A stretch of 64,000 bases of DNA from Spirochaetia bacterium (GCA_965262935.1 OZ253572.1:6462066-6526065); one strand, 5' to 3'. Positions 42,845-54,964 are shown, counted from the stretch's first letter. Notes: a model not told the origin generated them from the letters alone. Numbers and translations are program-made.

Positions 42845-42937
42845 GCGGACGCGACGGCCGCCGCCGGGCGGCGCGGCGCGCGCAACCGGCGCCGCGGCGG
42901 CGGCGGTGGTCGAAGCGAGCATGACAGGAGTGCATCG

Positions 42938-43756
42938 ATGAACGCGCAGGTTGCCGGCGGCGGCGAACTGGCCGGACGGGTAGCGATCGTGCCGGGCGGC
43001 GCCGGCGGCATCGGCAGCGCGGTGTGCCGGGCGCTGGCCGAGCGGGGCGCGGCGGTGGTAGTGGCCGACATGAACCTGGAGCAGGCGCGCGCGCTGGCCG
43101 TTGCGCTGCCCGGCGGGGGCGGCCACGCCGCGGTCGCGGTGGACGTGACCGACGGCGCCGCGGTGCAGGCCGCGGTGGATGCGCGCGAACGGATCGACCT
43201 GCTGGTGTACTGCGCCGGCAACAACATCAAGGCGCCCTCCCTGGAACTGAGCGCCGCGCAGTGGCGCAGCGCCCTCGACAGCCACCTGACCGGGGCGTTC
43301 CTGTTCAGCCAGGCGGTGGGCCGCCACCTGGTGGCGCGCGGCAGCGGCGGACGCATCGTGTACGTGTCGTCGGTGGGGGCCTGGGCGCCGATTCCCGAGC
43401 GCGGCGCGTACAGCCCCTCCAAGGCGGCGCTCAACAGCCTCGCCGGCATGCTCGCGGTGGAGTGGGCGCGCTACGGCATCAACGTGAACACGGTGTGTCC
43501 GGGAGTGGCGGCCACGGCGATGACCACGCTGGTGTACTCGCGGGATCCGGCGCTGCGCGACACGCGCCGCAAGCGCATGCCGATTCCGCGCGAGGTGTAT
43601 CCGGAGGAGATCGCGACGCTGGTGGCGTTCCTGTGCGGCCCCGGTGGAGATTACATCAACGGCGCCGCGATACCGATTGACGGCGGGTTCCTGCAATCCG
43701 GCTTCATGCCGGAGCCGCAGCCGCAGCCGAGCCGGGAGCGGCCCGCCGCGGATTGA
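42938..43756 (+). CDS. SDR family oxidoreductase (FabG-like)
   Basis: VPGGAGGIGSAV, NNIKAP, YSPSKAAL motifs. Confidence 0.85.
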   Translation: MNAQVAGGGELAGRVAIVPGGAGGIGSAVCRALAERGAAVVVADMNLEQARALAVALPGGGGHAAVAVDVTDGAAVQAAVDARERIDLLVYCAGNNIKAPSLELSAAQWRSALDSHLTGAFLFSQAVGRHLVARGSGGRIVYVSSVGAWAPIPERGAYSPSKAALNSLAGMLAVEWARYGINVNTVCPGVAATAMTTLVYSRDPALRDTRRKRMPIPREVYPEEIATLVAFLCGPGGDYINGAAIPIDGGFLQSGFMPEPQPQPSRERPAAD

Positions 43757-44050
43757 CCGGTCACGAGGAGAGCTCTAGCCGTCCGGCGGGCTGGCGGCGG
43801 CGGGCTGGTGCTCGCGGCGCAGCGCCTCGACCTCGCGGCGCAGTGCGGCGGCGCTCACCCCGTTGCGGGCGCAGGCGTCGTACACGTGCGCAATCAGATC
43901 GTTCACGGCCAGCGGCGCCGCGTGATCGGGCGGCAGCAGGCCATGCTCCTTGAGCAGCATGATGGTGGCATTGACCTCGAGACGATTCACTTGCGGCAGG
44001 CGCGAGTGTAGCAGGTGACCGCGCGGCAGTCAGCGTGGTAGCGTCTGCCC

Positions 44051-44512
44051 ATGGTGGAGCGACAACCACGCCTGTTGGCGATCGCCGTGCGCCACCGCTC
44101 GCGCGGCGCCATGCAGGAACTGGCCGAGGCCGAGGTGACGCTGGACGGCGGCGTTGCGGACGACTTCCGCGGACGGGCAGGACGCCGGCAGGTGACGGTG
44201 CTGAGTCTGGAGTCATGGCAGGCGGCGTGCCGGGAGGCGGGCCGGACGGAGTTGCCGTGGACCACGCGGCGGGCGAACCTGCTGGTCACGGGGGTCGACC
44301 TTGCCGCCGGCGGCGTGCTGCGCATCGGCGCGGTGGAGTTGGAGGTGACCGGCGAGACCGCCCCGTGCGAACGCATGGAGGAGGCGTGCCCCGGCCTGCG
44401 CGGCGCCTTGACGCCGGCGTGGCGCGGCGGCGTGACCTGCCGGGTGCGCCAACCCGGCACCCTGGCTCCCGGTGTGCCGGTGTCGGTGCTTCCCGCCGGC
44501 GTGGCGGCGTGA
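44051..44512 (+). CDS. MOSC domain protein
   Basis: ANLLVTGVDL...GGVLRIGAVELEVTGETAPCERM, the MOSC beta-barrel pattern with conserved Cys. Confidence 0.7.
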   Translation: MVERQPRLLAIAVRHRSRGAMQELAEAEVTLDGGVADDFRGRAGRRQVTVLSLESWQAACREAGRTELPWTTRRANLLVTGVDLAAGGVLRIGAVELEVTGETAPCERMEEACPGLRGALTPAWRGGVTCRVRQPGTLAPGVPVSVLPAGVAA

Positions 44513-44866
44513 CGCCGGGCGGCGGCACGGCAGCACGCTGAGGCCGCGCCGCGGCGCGCAGCGACAATGGCGCCGACACCACGAGCCGCCGCCCAGCCGG
44601 AACGAAAGACGGCCCATAAGAGACGGGGCAGCCGGCGATCCGCGCGCACTGGCCCTCGGCGAGTGCCGAACACGGTGCTGCCCCGGCTATCGTTGCCGTA
44701 TCGGAAACACGTCGCGGCCGCCGACGTCGATCCTCGCGGAGCGACATTGCGGAGCGCGGTGAGTTGCGCCGCTGCCTGATCAAGTGGCCCGCTTGCGGAT
44801 TTGTATCGGCATGACGACATTGAACACAGTCGCCCTCGGGCTCCGTCCGGAGGACAGGCGGCGGCG

Positions 44867-46426
<1,560 letters not shown>

Positions 46427-46459
46427 CCCGCGGCGGCGAACCGGCTACCATGGTGAGCT

Positions 46460-46870
46460 GTGAATCCCGCACCATCCAATTGGGACGACGACCCGCTGAT
46501 CCGCTGGCTGGCCGCAATCGACGGTATCGTGCCGCCGTTCTGCGTGGAAATCGTACTCGGCGACGGCAGCCGCTACTCCCTGCATTCGATCACTAGCCAC
46601 GACCAGGAAACCGGCGCCGCGGTGGTACGCATCTGGGACTATCGCGGCATGTCGGACGAAGAGGTCGACGCGGTGCGCGACCAGGTCATGGCGCTCGACG
46701 ACAGCGCATCGCTGCTGGAACCCGCCAGCCTGCACCCGCGCTTGGCCTGGGCCGCGGTACGGATGCGGCTGACCGACGTCGCGCACTGTATCGAGAGCTA
46801 CGCGCCGCTGTGGCCGGAACGCCAGGAACAGCCGCGCATGCCGCACCACGGCATCGGCTTCGGCCTCTAG
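46460..46870 (+). CDS. hypothetical protein
   Basis: GTG start. Clean 136-aa ORF between convergent genes. No domain recognised. Confidence 0.4.
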   Translation: MNPAPSNWDDDPLIRWLAAIDGIVPPFCVEIVLGDGSRYSLHSITSHDQETGAAVVRIWDYRGMSDEEVDAVRDQVMALDDSASLLEPASLHPRLAWAAVRMRLTDVAHCIESYAPLWPERQEQPRMPHHGIGFGL

Positions 46871-46895
46871 CCTAAGTAGTTCAAGTCGGCAGCCT

Positions 46896-47285
46896 TCACT
46901 CGACCACCCACTCGTCGTCGGGGTCGAACGCCGGCATCACGAAGTTGAGGATGGTCATCGGCGCGCTGCCGGGGATGGCCCGGTGCACGACCCCGCTGGG
47001 GATGAACACGGCATCGCCCGGAGCCAGGGAGCGCAGTTCGCCGTCGATCTCCATCTGCCCCTGCCCGGACAGCACGTAGTAGATCTCGGTGAGGCGTCGG
47101 TGGTAGTGACGCTTGCTGTCCTGTTTCACCTCCACCAGGTGCAGGCTGGCGCGCCCCTGTGCGGCTTCGGCGAACGCGCGCCGGGCGGTGCCGCACGGAC
47201 AGGCGATACCCGGCAGGTCGGCGAGCCGCACCACCTGGCCCTGCAACCGGCCCTGCACCTTGCCCGGGACGCCGGCGGCCATCAT
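46896..47285 (-). CDS. cupin domain protein
   Basis: HYHRRLTEIYYVLSGQGQMEIDGELRSLAPGDAVFIPSGVVHRA, the two-His cupin motifs. Start overlaps the upstream gene stop. Confidence 0.7.
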   Translation of the reverse strand: MMAAGVPGKVQGRLQGQVVRLADLPGIACPCGTARRAFAEAAQGRASLHLVEVKQDSKRHYHRRLTEIYYVLSGQGQMEIDGELRSLAPGDAVFIPSGVVHRAIPGSAPMTILNFVMPAFDPDDEWVVE

Positions 47286-48046
47286 TCGTCCCCGAGGTCG
47301 AGCAGGTAGCGCTGCGCGGCACTCAAGCGCGCCGCCGTGTCCGGGCGCAGGTAGGCGCGCTGGTCGGTCTGTTGCGCCACGCCGCGCGAGTTGAAGTAGC
47401 AGTGCAGCGCGCGCCGGCTGGCGTCCGGGGTGCGGTTCAGGGTGCCGCCGTGCCAGGTGTAGGAGTTGAACACGGCGACGCTGCCGGCGGGCGCGGCCAG
47501 CAGTTCCTGGTCCGGGTGCGGCGCCTTGGGATCGTCCAGCACGTCCGCCGGGTGCCGGTGCGGGTATGAGCCGGGCACGACGCGGGTGCAGCCGTTCTCG
47601 GGGCTGAAATCGTCCAGCATCCACACCGAGTTGCAGCCGTACGGCGGCCTGACGGCGTCGCGCGCGCCATCCTGATGCAGCGCCTGCAAGCCCTCGCCGG
47701 GCAGCGCGTCGCGGGCGTTCAGCGAACTGAAGTGGAAGGGCGCGTCGATCACGCAGTGCACCGCCGCCAGCAGCAGCGGGTGCGACCACACGCAGTCGAA
47801 CACGCTGCCCTTGTTCACCAGGTCGGCGAGCCGGCGCGCGCCCTGCTCCTGATGCACCTCCAGGCCGGCCACCGCCCCCTCCGCGGCCACCAATTCCTCG
47901 AACCGCTCGCGCAGCGCGGCCAGCCACTCGGCGTCGATCACGCCGGGCAACAGCGTGTACCCCTTGCGCCGCAACTCGTCGCGCTGGCGGTCGCTGAGCA
48001 ACTCGCTCCCGGCGCCGAGGCCGGCAAGACATTGTTCCATGGTCAT
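47282..48046 (-). CDS. phytanoyl-CoA dioxygenase (PhyH) family Fe(II)/2-oxoglutarate oxygenase
   Basis: LHQDG...NSVWMLDDFSPENGCTRVVPGSYPH...AVFNSYTWHGGTLN...R (HxD...H facial triad and Arg). Confidence 0.8.
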   Translation of the reverse strand: MTMEQCLAGLGAGSELLSDRQRDELRRKGYTLLPGVIDAEWLAALRERFEELVAAEGAVAGLEVHQEQGARRLADLVNKGSVFDCVWSHPLLLAAVHCVIDAPFHFSSLNARDALPGEGLQALHQDGARDAVRPPYGCNSVWMLDDFSPENGCTRVVPGSYPHRHPADVLDDPKAPHPDQELLAAPAGSVAVFNSYTWHGGTLNRTPDASRRALHCYFNSRGVAQQTDQRAYLRPDTAARLSAAQRYLLDLGDE

Positions 48047-48232
48047 CGCAATAGTCCGTCCAGGCACAGAATGGCCCGAATCACGGCTTTCCGGGAAGCC
48101 CGGAGCCGCGACGCCCCTTTCACGGTGCCGCCGGCGGCGGCGCGGCTGAAATCCGCTACTGATAACGAGTGTCGTTCGGAGCCGCCGGCGCGTATAATCC
48201 AGCGGCGCGGAAGCGCAGGAGGAAGCAGCAAG

Positions 48233-49033
48233 ATGGCACTGAAGGTACACGTGACCGGAGTGAGCGGGTTGATCGGTGATGCTGTGTACGCCCACTTGGC
48301 GGCCAAGCCGGAGCGCTATGACGTCACCGGGAGCAGCCGCCGCTACGAGCCATCGGATCGAGTGGCGGCGGGACGGGCGCTCAGTTGTCCGCCGGAGCGC
48401 TACACGCGCGCCGACCTGACCGATCTGGCCGCCCTGGAGCAGGCGTTCGCGGGCGCCGAGGTGGTGGTCCACATGGGCGCGATTCCCGATCCGGCGGCGC
48501 CGTTCGACGCCATCCTGAACAGCAACGTGGTGGGCGGCTACCACGCGCTGGAGGCGTGCCGGCGCCAGGGGGTACGGCGCATCGTCTATGCGAGCACGGT
48601 GATGACCGACTGGGGCTACCAGTTCGACGAACCCTACAAGGCGATCCGTGAGGCGCGCTTCGACGCCGTGCCGGCCGACTTTGAACGAGTTACCCACCGT
48701 GACGCGGTGCGCCCCACCGAGCCCTACTCGGCGAGCAAGGTGTGGGGCGAGGGCCTGTGCCGCGCCTACGCGGACGGCCACGGCCTGTCATGTCTGTGCC
48801 TGCGCATCGGCGGCGTGAACGGCGACGACGCGCCGCGCGGCGCCGGGTCTGCGCTGTGGTGCAGCCAGCGCGACATCGCCACCGCGGTCGAAATGGCCGT
48901 CAACGCGCCACCGGAATTGCGCTTCGACATCTGCTACGCCGTGTCCGACAACCGCTACCGATGGCTGGACACCGAACACACCCGCGCGGTGCTCGGCTTC
49001 CAACCCGCCGACCGCGCCGAGGACCGGCTGTAG
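48233..49033 (+). CDS. NAD-dependent epimerase/dehydratase family protein
   Basis: AGGAGGAAG RBS. VTGVSGLIGDAV Rossmann motif. YSASK catalytic dyad. Confidence 0.8.
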   Translation: MALKVHVTGVSGLIGDAVYAHLAAKPERYDVTGSSRRYEPSDRVAAGRALSCPPERYTRADLTDLAALEQAFAGAEVVVHMGAIPDPAAPFDAILNSNVVGGYHALEACRRQGVRRIVYASTVMTDWGYQFDEPYKAIREARFDAVPADFERVTHRDAVRPTEPYSASKVWGEGLCRAYADGHGLSCLCLRIGGVNGDDAPRGAGSALWCSQRDIATAVEMAVNAPPELRFDICYAVSDNRYRWLDTEHTRAVLGFQPADRAEDRL

Positions 49034-49137
49034 ATCGGGTGCGCCCGGGATGGCCGGCAGCTGAAGAGCTGTCGCGCTATGGTTCGCGGCCGCCTCCAAA
49101 CGAATCGTGACGCGCTCTTCGGCCGGCGCCAGCTTCG

Positions 49138-50088
49138 TTACTGCGGGGTGCCGGGAAGGGCGGCGATGGCGGCCAGGGCGGCGGCGATGCGCTGTTTGGC
49201 GGCGGCCGCCCGGGCGGGAGGCCAGTCGCCGAAGCCGCGGCCGCTCTTGGCGCCGTAGTCGCCGGCGGCCGCCGGTGCGGCGAGCAGGTCGGCTACCCCG
49301 CCGGTGGCCAGGTCGGGCCACAACTCGCGGGCGATGGCCGCGATCACGTCCAGGCCGGCCAGGTCGGAAACCTCGAACGGGCCGGCCACCGCCAGCCGGC
49401 GGCCGAAGCTGCCGCTCACCACGGTGTCCACGTCCGCGGTGCTCGCTACGCCGGCTTCCACCAGCGCCGCCGCCTCGCGCAGCAGCGCCTGCTGCAGCCG
49501 GTTGGCGATGAAGCCGGCGATCTCGCGCTGCAACACCACCGGGCGCTTGCCGAGGTCGCGGTACAGGCCGCACACGCGCGCTACCACGACGGGGTCGGTG
49601 CCGGGGTGCGGCACGATCTCCACCACCGGCAACAGGTGCGGCGGGTTGAAATAGTGGGCCACCAGAATCCGCTCCGGGTGGCGGGCGCCGGCGGCGAGCG
49701 CGCTCGGCATGAAGGTGGAGGTGTTGCTCGCCAGCACCACTTCGGCGCCGCGGGCACGGTCCAGTTCGGCGAACACGCGCTGCTTCAGGGCCAGGTTCTC
49801 ACTCACCGCCTCGATTACCAGGTCGGCGTCGGCTACCGCCTCCGGCAGCGAGGCGCACGCGGTGACGCGCTGCATCGCGGCGGCGCAGGCGGCGCGCGGC
49901 GCCAGCGAGAGGTCTGCCAGGGTCTCGGCTCCGCTGCGCATGTTGGCCAGGCCCTGTTGCAGCGCCGCGGCGGAGGCATCGGTAATCGTCACCCGGCGGC
50001 CGGCCACCGCGAACTCCAGCGCTATGCCATGCCCCATCAGGCCGGCGCCGATCACCGCCACCCGTTCGATTGCGGCTGTACTGTCCAT
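49138..50088 (-). CDS. 3-hydroxyacyl-CoA (3-hydroxybutyryl-CoA) dehydrogenase
   Basis: VAVIGAGLMGHGIA, ASNTSTF and HYFNPPHL motifs. Confidence 0.85.
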   Translation of the reverse strand: MDSTAAIERVAVIGAGLMGHGIALEFAVAGRRVTITDASAAALQQGLANMRSGAETLADLSLAPRAACAAAMQRVTACASLPEAVADADLVIEAVSENLALKQRVFAELDRARGAEVVLASNTSTFMPSALAAGARHPERILVAHYFNPPHLLPVVEIVPHPGTDPVVVARVCGLYRDLGKRPVVLQREIAGFIANRLQQALLREAAALVEAGVASTADVDTVVSGSFGRRLAVAGPFEVSDLAGLDVIAAIARELWPDLATGGVADLLAAPAAAGDYGAKSGRGFGDWPPARAAAAKQRIAAALAAIAALPGTPQ

Positions 50089-50594
50089 GAACGTCACGTG
50101 ATTCCTCCCCTGTCCGCTCGGGCCGCCGGCACGGCTGGCGCCGCCCGCTCGCGCGAGCACGCTCACTGCGTAATACGCAGCGGATCGCGACGGGCGTCAT
50201 TCCCGGATTGGCGACGTGCTCAACCTATCACGGGCGGGCACTTCCAGATTGGGTCCAGGAACCGCCACGCCGGGCTGTCTCTCAGCGGTTGCCCGCCGGC
50301 GACGCCGCCGAGGTTCGTCGCGCCCTACACGCCGGAACAGCGTCACGTCGACGACAGACGCGGGGCCGCAGCAGAAATAATTCTCGATCTCGTCCGATTT
50401 CGTCGGTTCGGGGTTGACACGGTTTGGGCCGTCCGATTCGGAAGCGTGCCCGACCCTGCCGCAATCCTGCGTACCGCGGGCGTAGCGGGCGCTGTCCCGG
50501 CTCGGGCCGCACGAACTGACGCGAAAAACCAAGAATCGTCGTCCGGCGCCGCCACGGGCCGTCAGGGGGTGTCTGAAATCCGGGTGTACGATGG

Positions 50595-52607
50595 ATGATC
50601 ATGGAACACGACACAATCACGATTTCGCAGGCGACGGCAGTGGCGACGCCTGAACCGACGGTGGTCATGCAGCCGGCCGGGGGTGCTGTCGCCATCGCTC
50701 GGGAGACGGCGGGAGGGCGCAAGCCGCCGGACGCCGTATCGGCGCGACCGGGTCCGGCCCAGCCGGCCGAGTTGGAACTGCTCGGCAACCAGATCGCCGA
50801 GTTGTCCGCGCGCATCGACGCCGCCACCTACGACCTGCTGTGCCACCTGCACGAGTTCGACCGCCGCTACGGCTGGGAAGGTTGGCGCTCCTGCGCCCAC
50901 TGGCTCAACTGGCGCACCGGCCTCGACCTCGGCGCCGCCCGCGAGAAGCTGCGCGTCGCCGCCGCGCTGGCCGATCTCAACCACGTCTCTGCCGCCATGG
51001 CACGCGGCCAGTTGTCCTACTCGAAGGTGCGCGCCCTGACCCGGGTGGCCTCCCCCGCCACCGAAGCGCGGCTGCTGGCGGTGGCCTTGTGCGCCACCGC
51101 CGCGCAAGTGGAGCGCCTGGTGCGGGCCTGGCGGCGGGCGGACCGCGACGCGCAGCCGGATGCCGAGCAGGTGCTCCTGGCCAGCCGGGCGCTGACCATG
51201 CAGGTGGACGAGGACGGCATGGTGGTGCTGCGCGGGCGGCTGCCGCCGGAGGTGGGCGCGCTGCTGCTGCGCGCCGTGGAGGCGGCAATGCAGCAGGTGC
51301 CGGCGAGCGCGGACGGCGGTGAGCCCACGATCGCGCAGCGGCGTGCCGACGCGCTGGGGCTGGTGGCCGAGAGTGCGCTGGCCGGCGGACTCGATCCGGG
51401 CAACCCCGCCGACCGCTTCCAGGTAACGGTACACGTGCAAGCGGACGCTCTTCCCGCTCTGCCCGCCCGCGACCCGGCCGACGCAGCGCCGCGCGTTGCC
51501 GCGGAAACGCGAGAGGTCAGCCCGGCTTCGTCGGAGCCGGTCGCGCCGGCAACGCCGCGCGTTGCCGCCGATACGCGCGTGGTCAGCCCCGCGCCGTCGG
51601 AGGCGCTCGCTCCGGCGCGGCCGCGCGTTGCCGCCGAGACATGCGCGGCCAGCCCGGCGCCGTCGGAGCCGATCGCGCCGGCAAAGAACCTTGTCTCGGA
51701 GCACGCGGCCATGGAGCAACGCGGCGGTCTTGGCGCGGGAGGGGAGCTAGTGCCCGGCGTCGCCGCTGAGTCGGCGCGGTCGCCCCATCGCACCAGTGGC
51801 CTCGAAAGCCGGAGTGCAGACGCCGCTGGCTGGTTGCCCCTTTGCGAGGAGTCGACATCGCGCGCCCGTGACGCCAACGATCAGGACAAGCGATGTACCG
51901 AGATCGCCGGCCGGCCGTCCCACGCGGGGCAGGCGACCAATGGCGCGCCTCACATTTCCGCGGAAACGTTCGAGGTCAGCGAAGCGGCTTTTGAACGTGT
52001 GGATCCGGGGACAGACCTGGACGCCGGCCAGGCCGTGATCGAGCAGGCGGGCGGCCTCCACCTGGGCAGAGAGGCGGCCCGCCGCGTGGCCTGCGATGCC
52101 GGCATCGTGGTGCTGCGCCACGCCGCCGGCGGCGAGGTCCTGGATGTCGGGCGCAGGACCCGCACCGTGCCGAGCGCCATGCGCCGCGCCCTGCTCAGCC
52201 GGGACCGCGGCCAGTGCCAGTTCCCGGGCTGCGAGTCGCGCCACTGCGATGCCCATCACGTCGAGCACTGGGCGGACGGCGGGGAGACCCGGCTGCAGAA
52301 CCTCGTCCTCGCGTGCCGGTTTCACCACCGCGCGCTGCACGAAGGGAGCTTTCGGGTGGTTCCGGGAGACGCGGATGGGCGGTTCCGGTTCCTGCGCCCG
52401 GACGGCACGCCGCTGCCGGCAGAGCCGCCGGTAGCGAGCTGGGAAGGGGCGCCGCTGGCGCCGACCGACGCGCGGCTGGCGGCAGCCGGCATCGGCATCG
52501 GTCCGCACACCGCCACGCCCGAGTGGTATGGGGAGTCGCTGAACCTGACGTCGGCGCTGGATGTGCTGTGGGAGCCGACGGCGGCCGTCGCGCTCGGCAG
52601 TTCCTGA
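50595..52607 (+). CDS. DUF222 family protein with a C-terminal HNH endonuclease motif (13E12-repeat-family-like), containing a 3 x 20-aa internal repeat
   Basis: N-terminal LLCHLHEFDRRYGWEGWRSCAHWLNWRTGL. C-terminal RALLSRDRGQCQFPGCESRHCDAHHVEHWADGGETRLQNLVLACRFHHRALHEG. Confidence 0.8.
   Translation: MIMEHDTITISQATAVATPEPTVVMQPAGGAVAIARETAGGRKPPDAVSARPGPAQPAELELLGNQIAELSARIDAATYDLLCHLHEFDRRYGWEGWRSCAHWLNWRTGLDLGAAREKLRVAAALADLNHVSAAMARGQLSYSKVRALTRVASPATEARLLAVALCATAAQVERLVRAWRRADRDAQPDAEQVLLASRALTMQVDEDGMVVLRGRLPPEVGALLLRAVEAAMQQVPASADGGEPTIAQRRADALGLVAESALAGGLDPGNPADRFQVTVHVQADALPALPARDPADAAPRVAAETREVSPASSEPVAPATPRVAADTRVVSPAPSEALAPARPRVAAETCAASPAPSEPIAPAKNLVSEHAAMEQRGGLGAGGELVPGVAAESARSPHRTSGLESRSADAAGWLPLCEESTSRARDANDQDKRCTEIAGRPSHAGQATNGAPHISAETFEVSEAAFERVDPGTDLDAGQAVIEQAGGLHLGREAARRVACDAGIVVLRHAAGGEVLDVGRRTRTVPSAMRRALLSRDRGQCQFPGCESRHCDAHHVEHWADGGETRLQNLVLACRFHHRALHEGSFRVVPGDADGRFRFLRPDGTPLPAEPPVASWEGAPLAPTDARLAAAGIGIGPHTATPEWYGESLNLTSALDVLWEPTAAVALGSS
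51470..51660. repeat. 3 x 60-bp in-frame tandem repeat inside the DUF222-HNH gene
   Basis: PRVAAETREVSPASSEPVAPAT / PRVAADTRVVSPAPSEALAPAR / PRVAAETCAASPAPSEPIAPA. Confidence 0.7.
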
Positions 52608-52950
52608 CCGCAGCGTCGGCGCGCGGCAACGGAGGTCGGCCGGGCGACGCAACGGAGACCCCGGCCGCCCTGGCAGTACCGGCGGCAGCGACCGGGTCGC
52701 CGGTCGCTGGGAATCTCCCCGGCGGGCACGATCCGGTTGCGGAAGCGAGGTTCCTTCAAGCGCCCGTGGGAGCTCCCCACGAGCAGAGGCAGCAGACACG
52801 GAAGCGATTGACACGAGGGATTGGTTGGGCGACCGGCGGTATGGGCTTGGCGCATCGAACAGTGCGCGTTGTTTTGGCTCGGCCACCGTCGCCGTGCGCT
52901 CGTGCACGGAACCGGGTTGCACCCCTACACTACGCGGCGGAGGGAAGTGC

Positions 52951-53976
52951 GTGGAGAAGTTGCAACTGGGGGTGGCGGGCCTGGGCCACGGCGCTACGCT
53001 GCTGCAGGCGAACACGCCCGCCGGCCGCCACCTGCCGCTGCGGGTGACGGCGGTGTGCGACATCGACGCGGCGCGGGCGCGGCAGGCCGCCGAGCGCTAC
53101 GACGTGCCGGTGGTCGCCGCCGACTTCGATGAGCTGGTGGCGCGCCCGGAGCTGGACGTGATCGGCATCTACACTCCCGGTCCACTGCACGCGGCGCAGA
53201 TCCTGGCCGCCCTCGACGCCGGCAAGCACGTGATGGTGACCAAGTCGATGGTGTACACGATGGCCGAGGCGGAGCAGGTGGTGGCGGCGGTGGAGCGCAG
53301 CGGGTGCGTGCTGCTGGTGAGCCAGTCGCTGCGCGCGCGGCTCGACTTCATGGAGGCCAAGCGGGCGTGCGACACCGGCGAGATCGGCGAGCCGTACCTG
53401 GCAGAGTCGCACTACATCCACGACCTGCGCCCGGTGTACGACTACTCGCCGTGGCGCGTCCGGCTGCCGCAGGACCTGATCCTGGGCGGCGCCTGCCATC
53501 CGATCGACCTGCTGCGCTGGTTCATGGGCGACATCGAGGAGGTGCACTGCTACGGCCAGCGCAGCGGCCTGGCGCCGGAGTATCCGCAGGAGGACAACTT
53601 CGTGATCAACGTGCGCTTCGCCAGCGGCCGGATCGGGCGCATCGCCAACTTTCTCGGCGTGGTGGAGCCGCCGGAGGTGGCGATGAACGAACTGACCGTG
53701 TACGGCACCCGCGGCGTGCTGCGCAATGCGCGCAAGCGGCTGGACAGCGACGGCTACCTGCCGACGCGCTCCTCGGAGGTGACGTTCTCCAGCAGACTGC
53801 CGCTCGGCCACCAGCAGGAGATGCTGGTGATGATGGCGCACCTGGCGGAGTGCATTTTGGACGGCAAGACGCCGTGGGTGGGGGTGCGCGAGGGCGCGTG
53901 CGTGGTGGCCACCGGCCTGGCCTGCTGGGAGTCGCTGCGCAGCGGGAAGCCGGTGCGGGTGCGCAATGAGTTCTGA
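52951..53976 (+). CDS. Gfo/Idh/MocA family oxidoreductase
   Basis: GTG start. LGVAGLGHGATL Rossmann N-terminus. EKP-like and C-terminal alpha/beta domain pattern. Confidence 0.8.
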   Translation: MEKLQLGVAGLGHGATLLQANTPAGRHLPLRVTAVCDIDAARARQAAERYDVPVVAADFDELVARPELDVIGIYTPGPLHAAQILAALDAGKHVMVTKSMVYTMAEAEQVVAAVERSGCVLLVSQSLRARLDFMEAKRACDTGEIGEPYLAESHYIHDLRPVYDYSPWRVRLPQDLILGGACHPIDLLRWFMGDIEEVHCYGQRSGLAPEYPQEDNFVINVRFASGRIGRIANFLGVVEPPEVAMNELTVYGTRGVLRNARKRLDSDGYLPTRSSEVTFSSRLPLGHQQEMLVMMAHLAECILDGKTPWVGVREGACVVATGLACWESLRSGKPVRVRNEF

Positions 53977-54964
53977 GCAGGCACCCACCCGCCGCCGCCC
54001 GGCCGGCTCGGCAGTCGCCGCATGTACGGCGGGCTCGGCGGCTGCGGCGGCAAGCGCCGGGGGCTCGGCCGCCGGATCTGCGGACGCCGCGGGCTTGGCG
54101 CACTCTGCGGACACACGCCCGGCCGGCGCTGCCTGCGCTGCCGGCGCTGCGGGTTTGGCCGGCGCTGCGGGCTTGGCCGGCGCTGCAGGCTCCTCGGGCT
54201 CCGCAGGCGCGTCGGGCTCCTCGAGCGCGGCAGGCGCGCCGGCGCCCGCCACTTCGCAGGATATGGCAGCCGCTACGGCGGGCGGCGTGGACCGCGCGCC
54301 CGCTTCCGGCCAAGCGGCGGGGACAGCCGGTGCCGCCATGTGCCACGGGATCCGCGCCGCAGCCGCCAGCGGCGGGCCGGCGCAGACGAGTCCGGCGACG
54401 CCGAGCCCGCGGCTGCCGCAACTGCGGATGCAGTTCCGCGCGTTCGCCGCGCTGGAACCGGTAAGCCTGCCGCCCGGCTACCGGCTCGCCACCCTGGCGG
54501 AGCGGGACGCCAGCGAGTGGATCGCGGTGCTCAACGCCACCGGCCAACTCGGCGCCTGGGACCGGGCACGCGCCGAGCGCTGTCTGAATGACCCGCGCCC
54601 GGTGCTGCCCGAGGGAACTTATCTGATCATGCACGACGACCGTGCCGTGGCCACTGCTTGCACCGTGTTGCCGACGCCCGCCGAGCCGCGTTGCGAGCTG
54701 GGTTGGGTGGCGGTGGATCCCGGCGATCAGGGACGCGGGCTGGGGTTGCAGGTGTGCCGCGCGGTGCTATGGTACGCTCGTCGCCGCGGCTGGCCGGCCG
54801 CCACGCTCGACACCGACGGCTGGCGTCTGCCGGCCATCAGGACGTACCTGAAGCTCGGCTTCGAGCCGGAGCTCACCCACGACAGCCACGGCGCGCGCTG
54901 GCGGGAGGTGCGCCGCCAGTTCGCGACCGCTGCGCTGGCGCCACGACCAGGAGGAGAAAAGTGA
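53966..54964 (+). CDS. GNAT family N-acetyltransferase with a long Ala/Gly/Ser-rich low-complexity N-terminal region
   Basis: C-terminal ELGWVAVDPGDQGRGLGLQVCRAVLWYARRRGW...YLKLGFEP (acetyl-CoA binding motif A). The N-terminus is encoded by 18-bp GC-rich repeats. An alternative start is the internal ATG near 54427. Confidence 0.5.
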   Translation: MSSEQAPTRRRPAGSAVAACTAGSAAAAASAGGSAAGSADAAGLAHSADTRPAGAACAAGAAGLAGAAGLAGAAGSSGSAGASGSSSAAGAPAPATSQDMAAATAGGVDRAPASGQAAGTAGAAMCHGIRAAAASGGPAQTSPATPSPRLPQLRMQFRAFAALEPVSLPPGYRLATLAERDASEWIAVLNATGQLGAWDRARAERCLNDPRPVLPEGTYLIMHDDRAVATACTVLPTPAEPRCELGWVAVDPGDQGRGLGLQVCRAVLWYARRRGWPAATLDTDGWRLPAIRTYLKLGFEPELTHDSHGARWREVRRQFATAALAPRPGGEK

